Source: a virus. Taken from it: a DNA stretch of 40,031 bases. A program made the translations under genes and the position numbers. The notes beneath the pieces are model-generated. The model saw nothing but the letters and a program-made list of their open reading frames with translations, did not search any database and was not told the DNA's origin. The stretch lies in IMG/VR virus record IMGVR_UViG_3300037540_000292, positions 1 to 40,031 of that record; one strand, written 5' to 3'. Each line of letters starts with the position of its first letter. The stretch's first letter is position 1. Below are positions 7,451-15,124 of this stretch, piece after piece.

Positions 7451-7493
7451 ATGTTGTTGGGAATGTCCCGCCCACGCATTTCATCCGATCAAA

Positions 7494-7580
7494 ATGTGCG
7501 ACGAAACGCGGCGGAAGTTTGAAGGTATTAAAGGAAATTTTCCAAATTTCTGTCCGCTGGAAAAAAAGGAAAGAAAATGA
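7494..7580 (+). CDS. Possible 28-aa Cys-containing peptide (uncertain; see findings)
   Basis: ATG 7494 lies in the frame that stays open from 7416, and the stop overlaps the MTase start (ATGA at 7577). Upstream in the same frame the sequence reads KCCWECPAHAFHPIK, with no ATG. Confidence 0.25.
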   Translation: MCDETRRKFEGIKGNFPNFCPLEKKERK

Positions 7581-8275
7581 AATTTCTTTCGCTTTTTGCT
7601 GGCATAGGCGGTTTTGATTTGGGCTTTGAACGTGCTGGTATGACATGTGTTGGGCAAGTTGAAAATAACGAATTTTGCTTAAAGGTTTTAGAAAAACATT
7701 GGCCGGATATTAAAAAAATAAAGGATATAAAAGATGTCAAAGGCGATGAGTTCGGAACAGTTGACTTTATTTGCGGGGGATTCCCTTGCCAGCCTTTCAG
7801 TTGTGCCGGGAAGCGTCAAGGCAAAAAAGATGACCGTTACTTCTGGAAAGAAATGTTCCGCATTATTGAAGTCGCAAAGCCCACTTGGGTGCTTGGTGAG
7901 AATGTGCCTGGAATCGTCAATTTGGCACTCGACGATGTGTATTCTGACCTGGAAAATGCGGGTTACGAAGTCCAACCGATTATTATTCCGGCTTGTGCTA
8001 TCGGCGCTCCGCACAGACGAGATCGGGTCTGGATTATTGCCTACTCCTCAATCAACCGATTATCTTATAAAGAACACAAGCAAAAGTTGGAAGAAAAAAG
8101 GAAAAACAAATTTTTCTCTTGCCAATCCATCAATAATTGGTGGAAAATTGAACCCTCTATGGATAGAGTGGTTAATGGGATTCCCGGCAGGATGGACAGA
8201 CTTAAAGCGTTAGGCAATGCTGTTGTGCCGCAGATAGCCGAAATTTTAGGAAAATATATAATGAAAAATGTTTGA
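7577..8275 (+). CDS. DNA (cytosine-5)-methyltransferase, compact form
   Basis: Motifs seen: FAGIGGFDLG (I), GGFPCQPFS (IV), GENVPG (VI), GAPHRRDRVWIIA (VIII) and LGNAVVPQ (X). The variable region is very short. Confidence 0.92.
   Translation: MKFLSLFAGIGGFDLGFERAGMTCVGQVENNEFCLKVLEKHWPDIKKIKDIKDVKGDEFGTVDFICGGFPCQPFSCAGKRQGKKDDRYFWKEMFRIIEVAKPTWVLGENVPGIVNLALDDVYSDLENAGYEVQPIIIPACAIGAPHRRDRVWIIAYSSINRLSYKEHKQKLEEKRKNKFFSCQSINNWWKIEPSMDRVVNGIPGRMDRLKALGNAVVPQIAEILGKYIMKNV
7734..8213 (+). CDS. Candidate overlapping gene nested in the +1 frame of the C5-MTase gene (159 codons)
   Basis: AAGGA lies 8 nt upstream of the ATG. The translation looks like a real protein, with LLPTPQSTD and a C-terminal GKLNPLWIEWLMGFPAGWTDL. 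No experimental support. Confidence 0.35.
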   Translation: MSKAMSSEQLTLFAGDSLASLSVVPGSVKAKKMTVTSGKKCSALLKSQSPLGCLVRMCLESSIWHSTMCILTWKMRVTKSNRLLFRLVLSALRTDEIGSGLLPTPQSTDYLIKNTSKSWKKKGKTNFSLANPSIIGGKLNPLWIEWLMGFPAGWTDLKR

Positions 8276-8432
8276 AAAATGCGAACTTATCAACAGGCAA
8301 TGTGGATATTGTGGAAAACATGGTGAAAAATACTACTGCGGACTTGCAAAACCCGAAAAGAAAAATAAGTTTACAAACAAAATCAAGGAGATGAAGAAAT
8401 GTCCGATGCAAGCAAGAAGGACATTTGATTGA
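8268..8432 (+). CDS. Small Cys-rich protein (54 aa) between the two MTase genes
   Basis: MFEKCELINRQCGYCGKHGEKYYCG.... The start overlaps the end of the Dcm gene and the stop overlaps the next ATG (TGATG). Confidence 0.45.
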   Translation: MFEKCELINRQCGYCGKHGEKYYCGLAKPEKKNKFTNKIKEMKKCPMQARRTFD

Positions 8433-9394
8433 TGGAAAAGAATGTAGAGAATTGCCAATTGGGATTAAATAGATTCATCTGCGGAGACGCATTGCAAATA
8501 TTAAAAACCTTTCCGAAGGAAAGTATTGATTGTATTGTTACTTCCCCGCCTTACTGGAGTTTGAGAAATTACGGAGTTGATGGGCAATTAGGACTTGAAA
8601 AAGATTTTAACGAATATATATCAAAACTTTGTGATGTTTTTGACGAGATTAAACGAATTATTAGAAAGACTGGCACAGCTTGGGTAAATTTGGGCGATTC
8701 TTATAGTGGAAGTTCAAACAATAGAACGGACAAAAAATTATATAAAAGTGGATTTGATTATAAAAAAAATCAATTACATTCTATAAAAACTTTTTTACCC
8801 AAAAAATGTCTTTGTCAAATACCTTCAAGATTTGCTATTGAGATGACAAGTAGAGGCTGGATTTTGAGAAATGAAATTATATGGCAAAAACCGAACGCTA
8901 TGCCATGCAGCGCTATTGATAGATTTGGAGTTGATTTTGAAAAGATTTTTTTCTTCACTAAAAATAAAAAAGCATATCACGAAAGGCAATTTACCGAATT
9001 AAAGGAAACATCAAGGAAAAGAGCACTTGGTAATATTTTTTCAAAAAAAACTGACAAGGGCATTCATGGTGGAATGACTTTAGAAAGTCAGAGAGAGGCG
9101 TTTAGAAAAATGCTTTCCCACGATTGTAAAGGCGCTGGTATGCGTTGTGTTTGGACAATTCCGACAAAAGGTTTTAGCGGATCTCATTTTGCCGTATTCC
9201 CGGAGAAATTGCCAGAAATTTGTATAAAAGCAGGTTGTCCTGAAGATGGCATAGTTTTAGACCCTTTTTCAGGCGCAGGAACTACTTGTCTCGTAGCAAA
9301 AAAGTTGGGAAGGAATTATATCGGAATTGAGATTAACAAAGACTATATTGAAATGGCAGAAAAAAGGATACATAACATGGCGGGATTAATTTAG
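8432..9394 (+). CDS. Beta-class N4-cytosine or N6-adenine DNA methyltransferase (SPPY type)
   Basis: IVTSPPYW (motif IV) lies N-terminal and VLDPFSGAGTT (motif I) C-terminal. ATG 8432 is preferred over TTG 8429. Confidence 0.9.
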   Translation: MEKNVENCQLGLNRFICGDALQILKTFPKESIDCIVTSPPYWSLRNYGVDGQLGLEKDFNEYISKLCDVFDEIKRIIRKTGTAWVNLGDSYSGSSNNRTDKKLYKSGFDYKKNQLHSIKTFLPKKCLCQIPSRFAIEMTSRGWILRNEIIWQKPNAMPCSAIDRFGVDFEKIFFFTKNKKAYHERQFTELKETSRKRALGNIFSKKTDKGIHGGMTLESQREAFRKMLSHDCKGAGMRCVWTIPTKGFSGSHFAVFPEKLPEICIKAGCPEDGIVLDPFSGAGTTCLVAKKLGRNYIGIEINKDYIEMAEKRIHNMAGLI

Positions 9395-9396
9395 AA

Positions 9397-9540
9397 ATGA
9401 AAATTAACTACTTCATACTGGGACTAATTTTGCTTGACATCTCCGCCTCTATATGCTATTTTATTAAGCAGGACTGGTGGCGTTCGGTTTACTGGTTTTG
9501 TGCTGGTATTTTAAGTTTAAGCACTTTATTTTTTAGATGA
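9397..9540 (+). CDS. Small membrane protein (47 aa, 2 hydrophobic segments)
   Basis: MKINYFILGLILLDISASICYF...WFCAGILSLSTLFF. The stop overlaps the next ATG. Confidence 0.45.
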   Translation: MKINYFILGLILLDISASICYFIKQDWWRSVYWFCAGILSLSTLFFR

Positions 9541-9752
9541 AATATATGAAAATTAACTTGAACGATACGATAAGATTTACCGTCAATGATTACGGAAAAG
9601 AATTACTTTGTAAATATAAATTCCCTGAATCAAAAAATAATCAATATGAAATGCACCTTTGGGAGTTTTGTAAAATCTTTGGTTGTAATTTTTTACATCA
9701 CCAAAATGTTTTTATTGTTGACAATACTTTTGAAATAATTAAATCATATTAA
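9537..9752 (+). CDS. Hypothetical protein
   Basis: 71-aa ORF with an ATGA overlap. Confidence 0.7.
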   Translation: MKYMKINLNDTIRFTVNDYGKELLCKYKFPESKNNQYEMHLWEFCKIFGCNFLHHQNVFIVDNTFEIIKSY

Positions 9753-9761
9753 GGAGATTTT

Positions 9762-10259
9762 ATGAAAAGCATAAGTAACACAGCAGTTCTTTTATTTGTA
9801 TTCTGGTTTTCCTTTTTTGCAGCACTACTTTTCTTTGGATGTGCTACTTCTAAAAAAGTCGTAGAAAAAAACTTACCAAAACCCTCCTCCGAAGACGTTC
9901 AAGTTTCAAAAGCAGAAGAATTAATGGCAAGCACTATGCCAATTAATATTATGCCAGTAGCAGAGGTTTTTTTTAATTTTGATAAATCCAATCTTGGCCC
10001 AGAGGATATTGCCATAATTGATAAGATTTTGACTTTGCCTGAATATAGTAAAATTCGACTTGATGGATACTGCGATGAAAGAGGAACAGAAGAGTATAAC
10101 ATCGGACTCGGGCAAAGGCGAGCGGACTCGGTTAAGGCATATATAAGGTCAATGGTAAAAAACAAATTGATAGAAACAAAAAGTTTCGGAGAGAGTCAGG
10201 CAAGCAGTGATCCTTTAAGGTACGGCTACGATAGAAGGGTTGATATTTATTTGAAATGA
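9762..10259 (+). CDS. OmpA-family peptidoglycan-binding lipoprotein (Pal-like)
   Basis: Signal peptide with lipobox LLFFGC. The OmpA_C pattern is NFDKSNL...RLDGYCDERGTEEYNIGLGQRRADSVKAYI. Confidence 0.88.
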   Translation: MKSISNTAVLLFVFWFSFFAALLFFGCATSKKVVEKNLPKPSSEDVQVSKAEELMASTMPINIMPVAEVFFNFDKSNLGPEDIAIIDKILTLPEYSKIRLDGYCDERGTEEYNIGLGQRRADSVKAYIRSMVKNKLIETKSFGESQASSDPLRYGYDRRVDIYLK

Positions 10260-10408
10260 AAAATAAAATTTGCCCATTTTCAAATACTTTAACATGTCAA
10301 GGGCATAAATTCCGTTATGCTTGGGACAATCTTGTCAAAACGATAGTTGTTGAGCTTGGCATAATTAAATTAATGAAATTGTTTGTAGGTAAAAGTAAGG
10401 AATATTAA
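10256..10408 (+). CDS. Hypothetical small protein (50 aa)
   Basis: ATGA overlap upstream and TAATG overlap downstream. It fills the gap. Confidence 0.4.
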   Translation: MKNKICPFSNTLTCQGHKFRYAWDNLVKTIVVELGIIKLMKLFVGKSKEY

Positions 10409-10986
10409 TGACAATTTGCTGCGCCGTTAAGACTGAAGAAGGTATTTATATGGGCGCCGATAGTTTGGGCACGAATGGTTTTACCGGCAGAGCATTCAAA
10501 GATAGTAAAGTAATAAAGAAGAATGATTTTTTGATTGGTGCTTGCGGTAGTTATAGGCTTATTAACTTACTTAAGTACAAATTTAATCCACCAAAGAAGA
10601 AGGTAGGGCAAGATATATATGATTATATTCATATAGATTTTTGCGATGAATTAATAACAGTATTTAAGAATAACGGACTTTTAGAAACAAACGATAATAT
10701 TAATAAATTAAGACAATCTGAATTTATATTTGCACATGAAAATAGATTATTTACTTTTCAATCCGATTGCTCGGTAATTGAACCTAAACAAGATTACATA
10801 GCATGTGGTAGTGGAGAGTATCATGCCGAGGCAAGTTTGTTTTCAACGCACAATACAAAACTGTCAGGCGAAGAAAGAATAAAAAGGGCGATAGTATGTG
10901 CAAACAATTTTGTTGTGTCAGTAAATGACGATATTGTTATTGAATTTTTGAAAAATGACGAGGATGGTAAAAATGTTAGTTATTGA
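10408..10986 (+). CDS. Ntn-hydrolase, proteasome beta-subunit / HslV-like
   Basis: The N-terminus is MT- (Thr2). GADS occurs near residue 17, a Lys near residue 33 (SKVIKK) and a GSG motif (ACGSGEYHA), placed as in T1 peptidases. Confidence 0.65.
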   Translation: MTICCAVKTEEGIYMGADSLGTNGFTGRAFKDSKVIKKNDFLIGACGSYRLINLLKYKFNPPKKKVGQDIYDYIHIDFCDELITVFKNNGLLETNDNINKLRQSEFIFAHENRLFTFQSDCSVIEPKQDYIACGSGEYHAEASLFSTHNTKLSGEERIKRAIVCANNFVVSVNDDIVIEFLKNDEDGKNVSY

Positions 10987-11022
10987 AGATTGGGAATTTT
11001 TTATTGGATATTAAAAAAATTA

Positions 11023-11448
11023 ATGAAAAAAAGCGGACGTAAACCTAAAGAAAAGCCAGAGGACAAATTAATAGAGGGAACTCGCAAACTTACTCAAGGT
11101 GATGTAGATGAAGTTTACAGACTTGCCTTGAATGGTTTGCCTGAAAAAGATATAGCCGAAGCGATAGGATATGATGAAACCTATTTTAGCGGAGTAATAA
11201 AAATAATTCCAGAAGTTTCAGAAGCTCTAAAAAAAGGACGTCGTGAATTAAAGCGAAGTTTGATAGAAAAAATTATTAAAAGTGGTATAGACTCAAAATT
11301 TTGGACTGCGAATGCATGGCTACTTGAACGAATCTACAAACAAGAATTTGCTCCGTTAAATAAACTTGAACATACAGGAGAAGACGGACATGCCATAAAG
11401 TTTGAGGTTGTGCATGCAAACAATAAACAGAAAAATAGAAGCGACTAA
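11023..11448 (+). CDS. terS: Terminase small subunit (HTH)
   Basis: It lies immediately upstream of TerL and overlaps it. The sequence LPEKDIAEAIGYDETYF is HTH-like and the C-terminal region contains WTANAWLLERIYKQEF. The start is uncertain (TTG 10990 is possible). Confidence 0.65.
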   Translation: MKKSGRKPKEKPEDKLIEGTRKLTQGDVDEVYRLALNGLPEKDIAEAIGYDETYFSGVIKIIPEVSEALKKGRRELKRSLIEKIIKSGIDSKFWTANAWLLERIYKQEFAPLNKLEHTGEDGHAIKFEVVHANNKQKNRSD

Positions 11449-12673
11449 CGTTTATTTTAGAAACAAGGACGCTAAAACAAGAGTAGTTATTAATCGTGGC
11501 GGTTCAGGTAGTTCAAAATCTTATAGCCTTTGTCAAAACTTTATCCTTAACCGACTTCTACAAAGAAAAAATTACAAACTTTTGATATTGCGAAAAACAC
11601 GTGCGAGCCTTTTTGATTCTACTTATGAAATGTTCATTGAAATGTTAAAAGATTATGGCATTTACAACGAAGACGACCATAATAAGACAAGACTTGTTTA
11701 CCGTTTTCCTGAAAACAATAATTACGTCTTATTTTCTGGTCTTGACAAATTAGAAAAAAAGAAATCTACTGAATGGCACGATATTTGGGTAGAAGAAGCG
11801 AACGAGATTGACGTAAAAACGTATAATTTTTTGAAATTGAGATTATATCGTGGAAGTTCAGATATTAAAAGCCAATTATGGTTATCGTTTAATCCTGTTG
11901 AATGTTGGATACAAGACATTGAAAACGATAAAGATGTAACATTAATAAAATCAACGTATAGAGATAACGATTTTATTAATTCCGAAGCAATGGATATTTT
12001 GCAGGGGTTAAAAGGTGTTGACGATACTTACTATTCAATATATGCAAACGGCGAATATGCGATATTAAAAGACATAATTTACAACCTATTTATAAGACTT
12101 GAAAAATGGATTGATGAGCCTGAAAATTTTTTTGATGATGTTATATACGGGCTTGACTTTGGATTTAACAATCAGACGGCATTAGTAGAGATAGGAATTA
12201 AAGACGGAGAATTTTATATTAGAGAATTGCTTTACAAAAGTGGTCTTAACAATTCCGACAGAATAGAATTAGCGAAACAATTAACCCCTGAATTGTTTAA
12301 GAATAAGACTATTTATGCCGATTCTTCGTCTCCTGAATTTATTCAGGAATTTAGAGACGCAGGATTTGATTGTAAACCTGCCGAAAAGGGCAAGGATTCT
12401 GTAAAGTCAGGTATTGATTTATTGCAAAGAAGTAAAATACATTCTCTTGCTTCAAATGTTAATCTTGAGGCGGAACGCAAATCTTACAAGTGGAGAGAAG
12501 TCAACGGAAAGATATTAGATGAACCGGTAAAATTCAAAGACCACTTGCTTGACGCTTTGCGATATGCTATATTTACTTGGAGTTTATCTTTTGGAAAAAA
12601 AGTAGATATAAAAGAAGTGATTAAAGATTTGAATAAGTCAAGGGATATGGTAACGGCAAATCAAATTTGGTAA
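11414..12673 (+). CDS. terL: Terminase large subunit (PBSX-like)
   Basis: Walker A RGGSGSSKS, with size and position as expected. A GAGG RBS lies before ATG 11414. Confidence 0.9.
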   Translation: MQTINRKIEATNVYFRNKDAKTRVVINRGGSGSSKSYSLCQNFILNRLLQRKNYKLLILRKTRASLFDSTYEMFIEMLKDYGIYNEDDHNKTRLVYRFPENNNYVLFSGLDKLEKKKSTEWHDIWVEEANEIDVKTYNFLKLRLYRGSSDIKSQLWLSFNPVECWIQDIENDKDVTLIKSTYRDNDFINSEAMDILQGLKGVDDTYYSIYANGEYAILKDIIYNLFIRLEKWIDEPENFFDDVIYGLDFGFNNQTALVEIGIKDGEFYIRELLYKSGLNNSDRIELAKQLTPELFKNKTIYADSSSPEFIQEFRDAGFDCKPAEKGKDSVKSGIDLLQRSKIHSLASNVNLEAERKSYKWREVNGKILDEPVKFKDHLLDALRYAIFTWSLSFGKKVDIKEVIKDLNKSRDMVTANQIW

Positions 12674-12677
12674 AATA

Positions 12678-14873
12678 ATGATACTTGACCAATACGGAAA
12701 CAATATAAAGATTTTTCAAAAGCAGGAATCAAAACTAATACATACCGAAGAACTTCTATCTTACAAATCGCCTTATAATTCAGATAGTCAATTAGAGCCT
12801 TATAATCCCGACGATATATATCAGCGTAAGGGTGATTTACAGACCTACCGAAAAATGCTTTACGACGATCAAGTTAAAGCAGTAATGTCAATAAAAATCA
12901 ATTCAATTTTAGCAAGTGATTTTTCAATTATTCCTGTCAGTGAAGAAAAACAGGATATTGAGATAAAAGATTTTATTGAGTATTGTTTTAAGCAGGCAAT
13001 GCGTCCAAATTTTTACAAGATTTTGAGGCATATGCTAACGGCCCTTATTTATGGTTATAGTATTAGCGAGAAATTATTTACAAGATTTGATGGTGGAGAG
13101 TATGCTGGCAAGATAGGAGTTAAGACAATAAAAACAAAACCTCCCGATACGTTTGAATTTCATACAGACGATTTTAACAATCTAAAAAATTTAATACAAA
13201 ATGACAATAAGGGGCAATCTTCATACAGCGAAAAAGATTTTCCTTACTTTATTATATTTACCTATGATTCAGACAATTCAAGTTTTGGAAATTATTATGG
13301 AACATCGGATTTACGTGCGGCATATCGCAGCTGGTGGAGTAAAGATATAATCATAAGATTTTTGAATATTTATCTTGAACGATACGGTATGGGGACGATG
13401 GTAGCGAAATATGAAAAAGGAATGAGTGAAAGAGATAAAGACGCTATTGATTTAATGTTAAAGAATTTGCAGGCAAAGACAGGATTTAGAGTCCCTAAAG
13501 ACGTAGAGATTGAAATTTTAGAAGCTAATAAAAATGGAGAGCAAGGCTACATTGCAGCTATTGAAAAACATAATATAATGATAGCCCGCTCCGTGCTTAT
13601 TCCAGATTTGTTAGGTTTTTCTGATAATAAGTCTGGAAGTTATAATTTAGGGGAAAACCAATTTAATCTCTTTATGGTCATGATTGAGAATTTGCGTAAA
13701 GAAATAGAGGAAATAATTAATGACGAAATAATAAAGCAGTTAGTAAACTTTAACTATGCCAATGTTTCAAATTTCCCAAAATTTTCCTTTGAATCAATAC
13801 AGCAAAAAGATAAGCAGAAACTTTATGATACGTTTATTAAGGCAGTAGAAAAAGGCGTTGTATTGCCTACTGAAGACGATGAGCAATTTTTAAGGGAATC
13901 AATTGATTTTCCTAAAAGAGAAAAAGAATCGGTTTTGTTACCGCAAAAACAACAACCTGCTATGCCGTTTGAGAAAAACAAAAAGCCTAAAATTGAAATC
14001 TTTCAACGTGGATTTTACCGTGAATTAACGCCATTTGAAAAACGTGTTGATTTTGTCAAACTTGCTGAAAGCATAGATAAAATTGAAGACGAAGAATCAG
14101 TATCTACTGCAAAAATAATAAAGAAAATAAAAGACGATTTAGTTTCTACTATTATAAGAAAAAAAATAATAGAGAATAGAGATGTTGCTGAAGTAAATGA
14201 TTTATCGCTTAAATTCCTATCTGAATTAAAAATGCACTTTAAGGATATTGAGCGTCAAGTCTTTATGAAAGGCAAAAAGGACGCAAAACAGGAGATAATA
14301 AAGGCAAAACAATTTCAGTTAGATCCTACCATCTTAAACCTTCCGCCAAAAGAAGCGATTAAATATCTTGAAAATAAGGCAGTATGGATGACCGGCGTTG
14401 AAAAAGATTTTGTATTAAATAATGTAAAACCATTGCTTTTGGATGGCATAAAAACTGGAAAATCTACCGCAGACATAATTTTCGCAGTAGAAGAAATGTT
14501 TGAAAATAAATATGCTCTCGAGGATATAATAAGCACGGGAATTTCAAAGGCAAGGCTTGAAACTGTTGTGCGGACTAATTTTTCGGACGCTTATAATCAG
14601 GGTAGACTCGCTACCTTTCAAGATGAGGATATAGCGGAGATAGTGGCCGCCTTACAATACAGTGCAATTTTAGATAATAGAACTTCTGATATTTGCAATT
14701 CTTTAGATGGCAAAATTTTCAAGCAGAACGATCCTTTAATTGCAAAATATACTCCGCCAAATCATTTTAATTGTCGTTCAATTTTTACTGCAATTATACA
14801 AGGCGAATCTTTTAAGGTGAGCAATAGGCAAACAATTGAAAAAGTTCAATTACCTACTGGATTTGGGAAATGA
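12678..14873 (+). CDS. Portal protein fused to a C-terminal MuF / SPP1 gp7-like head morphogenesis domain
   Basis: 731 aa, directly after TerL. The C-terminus VVRTNFSDAYNQG...ILDNRTSDICNSLDGKIF...TPPNHFNCRS is the Phage_Mu_F signature. The N-terminal approximately 450 aa are called portal from position and DUF935-like appearance. Confidence 0.8.
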   Translation: MILDQYGNNIKIFQKQESKLIHTEELLSYKSPYNSDSQLEPYNPDDIYQRKGDLQTYRKMLYDDQVKAVMSIKINSILASDFSIIPVSEEKQDIEIKDFIEYCFKQAMRPNFYKILRHMLTALIYGYSISEKLFTRFDGGEYAGKIGVKTIKTKPPDTFEFHTDDFNNLKNLIQNDNKGQSSYSEKDFPYFIIFTYDSDNSSFGNYYGTSDLRAAYRSWWSKDIIIRFLNIYLERYGMGTMVAKYEKGMSERDKDAIDLMLKNLQAKTGFRVPKDVEIEILEANKNGEQGYIAAIEKHNIMIARSVLIPDLLGFSDNKSGSYNLGENQFNLFMVMIENLRKEIEEIINDEIIKQLVNFNYANVSNFPKFSFESIQQKDKQKLYDTFIKAVEKGVVLPTEDDEQFLRESIDFPKREKESVLLPQKQQPAMPFEKNKKPKIEIFQRGFYRELTPFEKRVDFVKLAESIDKIEDEESVSTAKIIKKIKDDLVSTIIRKKIIENRDVAEVNDLSLKFLSELKMHFKDIERQVFMKGKKDAKQEIIKAKQFQLDPTILNLPPKEAIKYLENKAVWMTGVEKDFVLNNVKPLLLDGIKTGKSTADIIFAVEEMFENKYALEDIISTGISKARLETVVRTNFSDAYNQGRLATFQDEDIAEIVAALQYSAILDNRTSDICNSLDGKIFKQNDPLIAKYTPPNHFNCRSIFTAIIQGESFKVSNRQTIEKVQLPTGFGK

Positions 14874-15028
14874 AGAATAAAATTACTTCGCAAAATATAA
14901 AAGATTATCTTGACAAAATCTTGCAAAAAAAATACTATGGTGGTATAATTATAAAAGTAGAGTATGGCGAAATTAAAAGGATAGTGCAGGAAATAAGTTT
15001 TAAGGACTTAAAAGAATTGTTAAACTAA
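14870..15028 (+). CDS. Hypothetical small protein (52 aa)
   Basis: ATGA overlap with the portal stop, and the ORF is followed by a terminator. Confidence 0.45.
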   Translation: MKNKITSQNIKDYLDKILQKKYYGGIIIKVEYGEIKRIVQEISFKDLKELLN

Positions 15029-15054
15029 ATAAGTAACACGGTATTGAAGCACTC

Positions 15055-15107
15055 AAGCCAGTGTATAAAAAGGCGATAGCCTTTTAATATGCTGGCTTAT
15101 TTTTTTA
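15055..15107 (+). terminator. Rho-independent terminator candidate (two-tier hairpin plus T-run)
   Basis: AAGCCAG (15055..61) pairs with CTGGCTT (15092..98). The inner hairpin is AAAGGC-gata-GCCTTT, and ATTTTTTT follows. Confidence 0.6.
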
Positions 15108-15124
15108 TAAAAGCGAGGTAAAAA

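Noticed and set aside
7398-7740. Minus-strand ORFs 7398..7646 and 7528..7740 upstream of and within the MTase gene
   Set aside because: They are antisense to the MTase start and to the Cys-rich frame, with no start context or recognisable motifs.
14907-14952. TTGACA-17-TACTAT and a TATAAT inside small ORF 14870..15028 as a late promoter
   Set aside because: The hexamers are plausible, but a terminator lies between them and the next gene, and such matches arise by chance in AT-rich DNA. The support is not strong enough to report as a feature.
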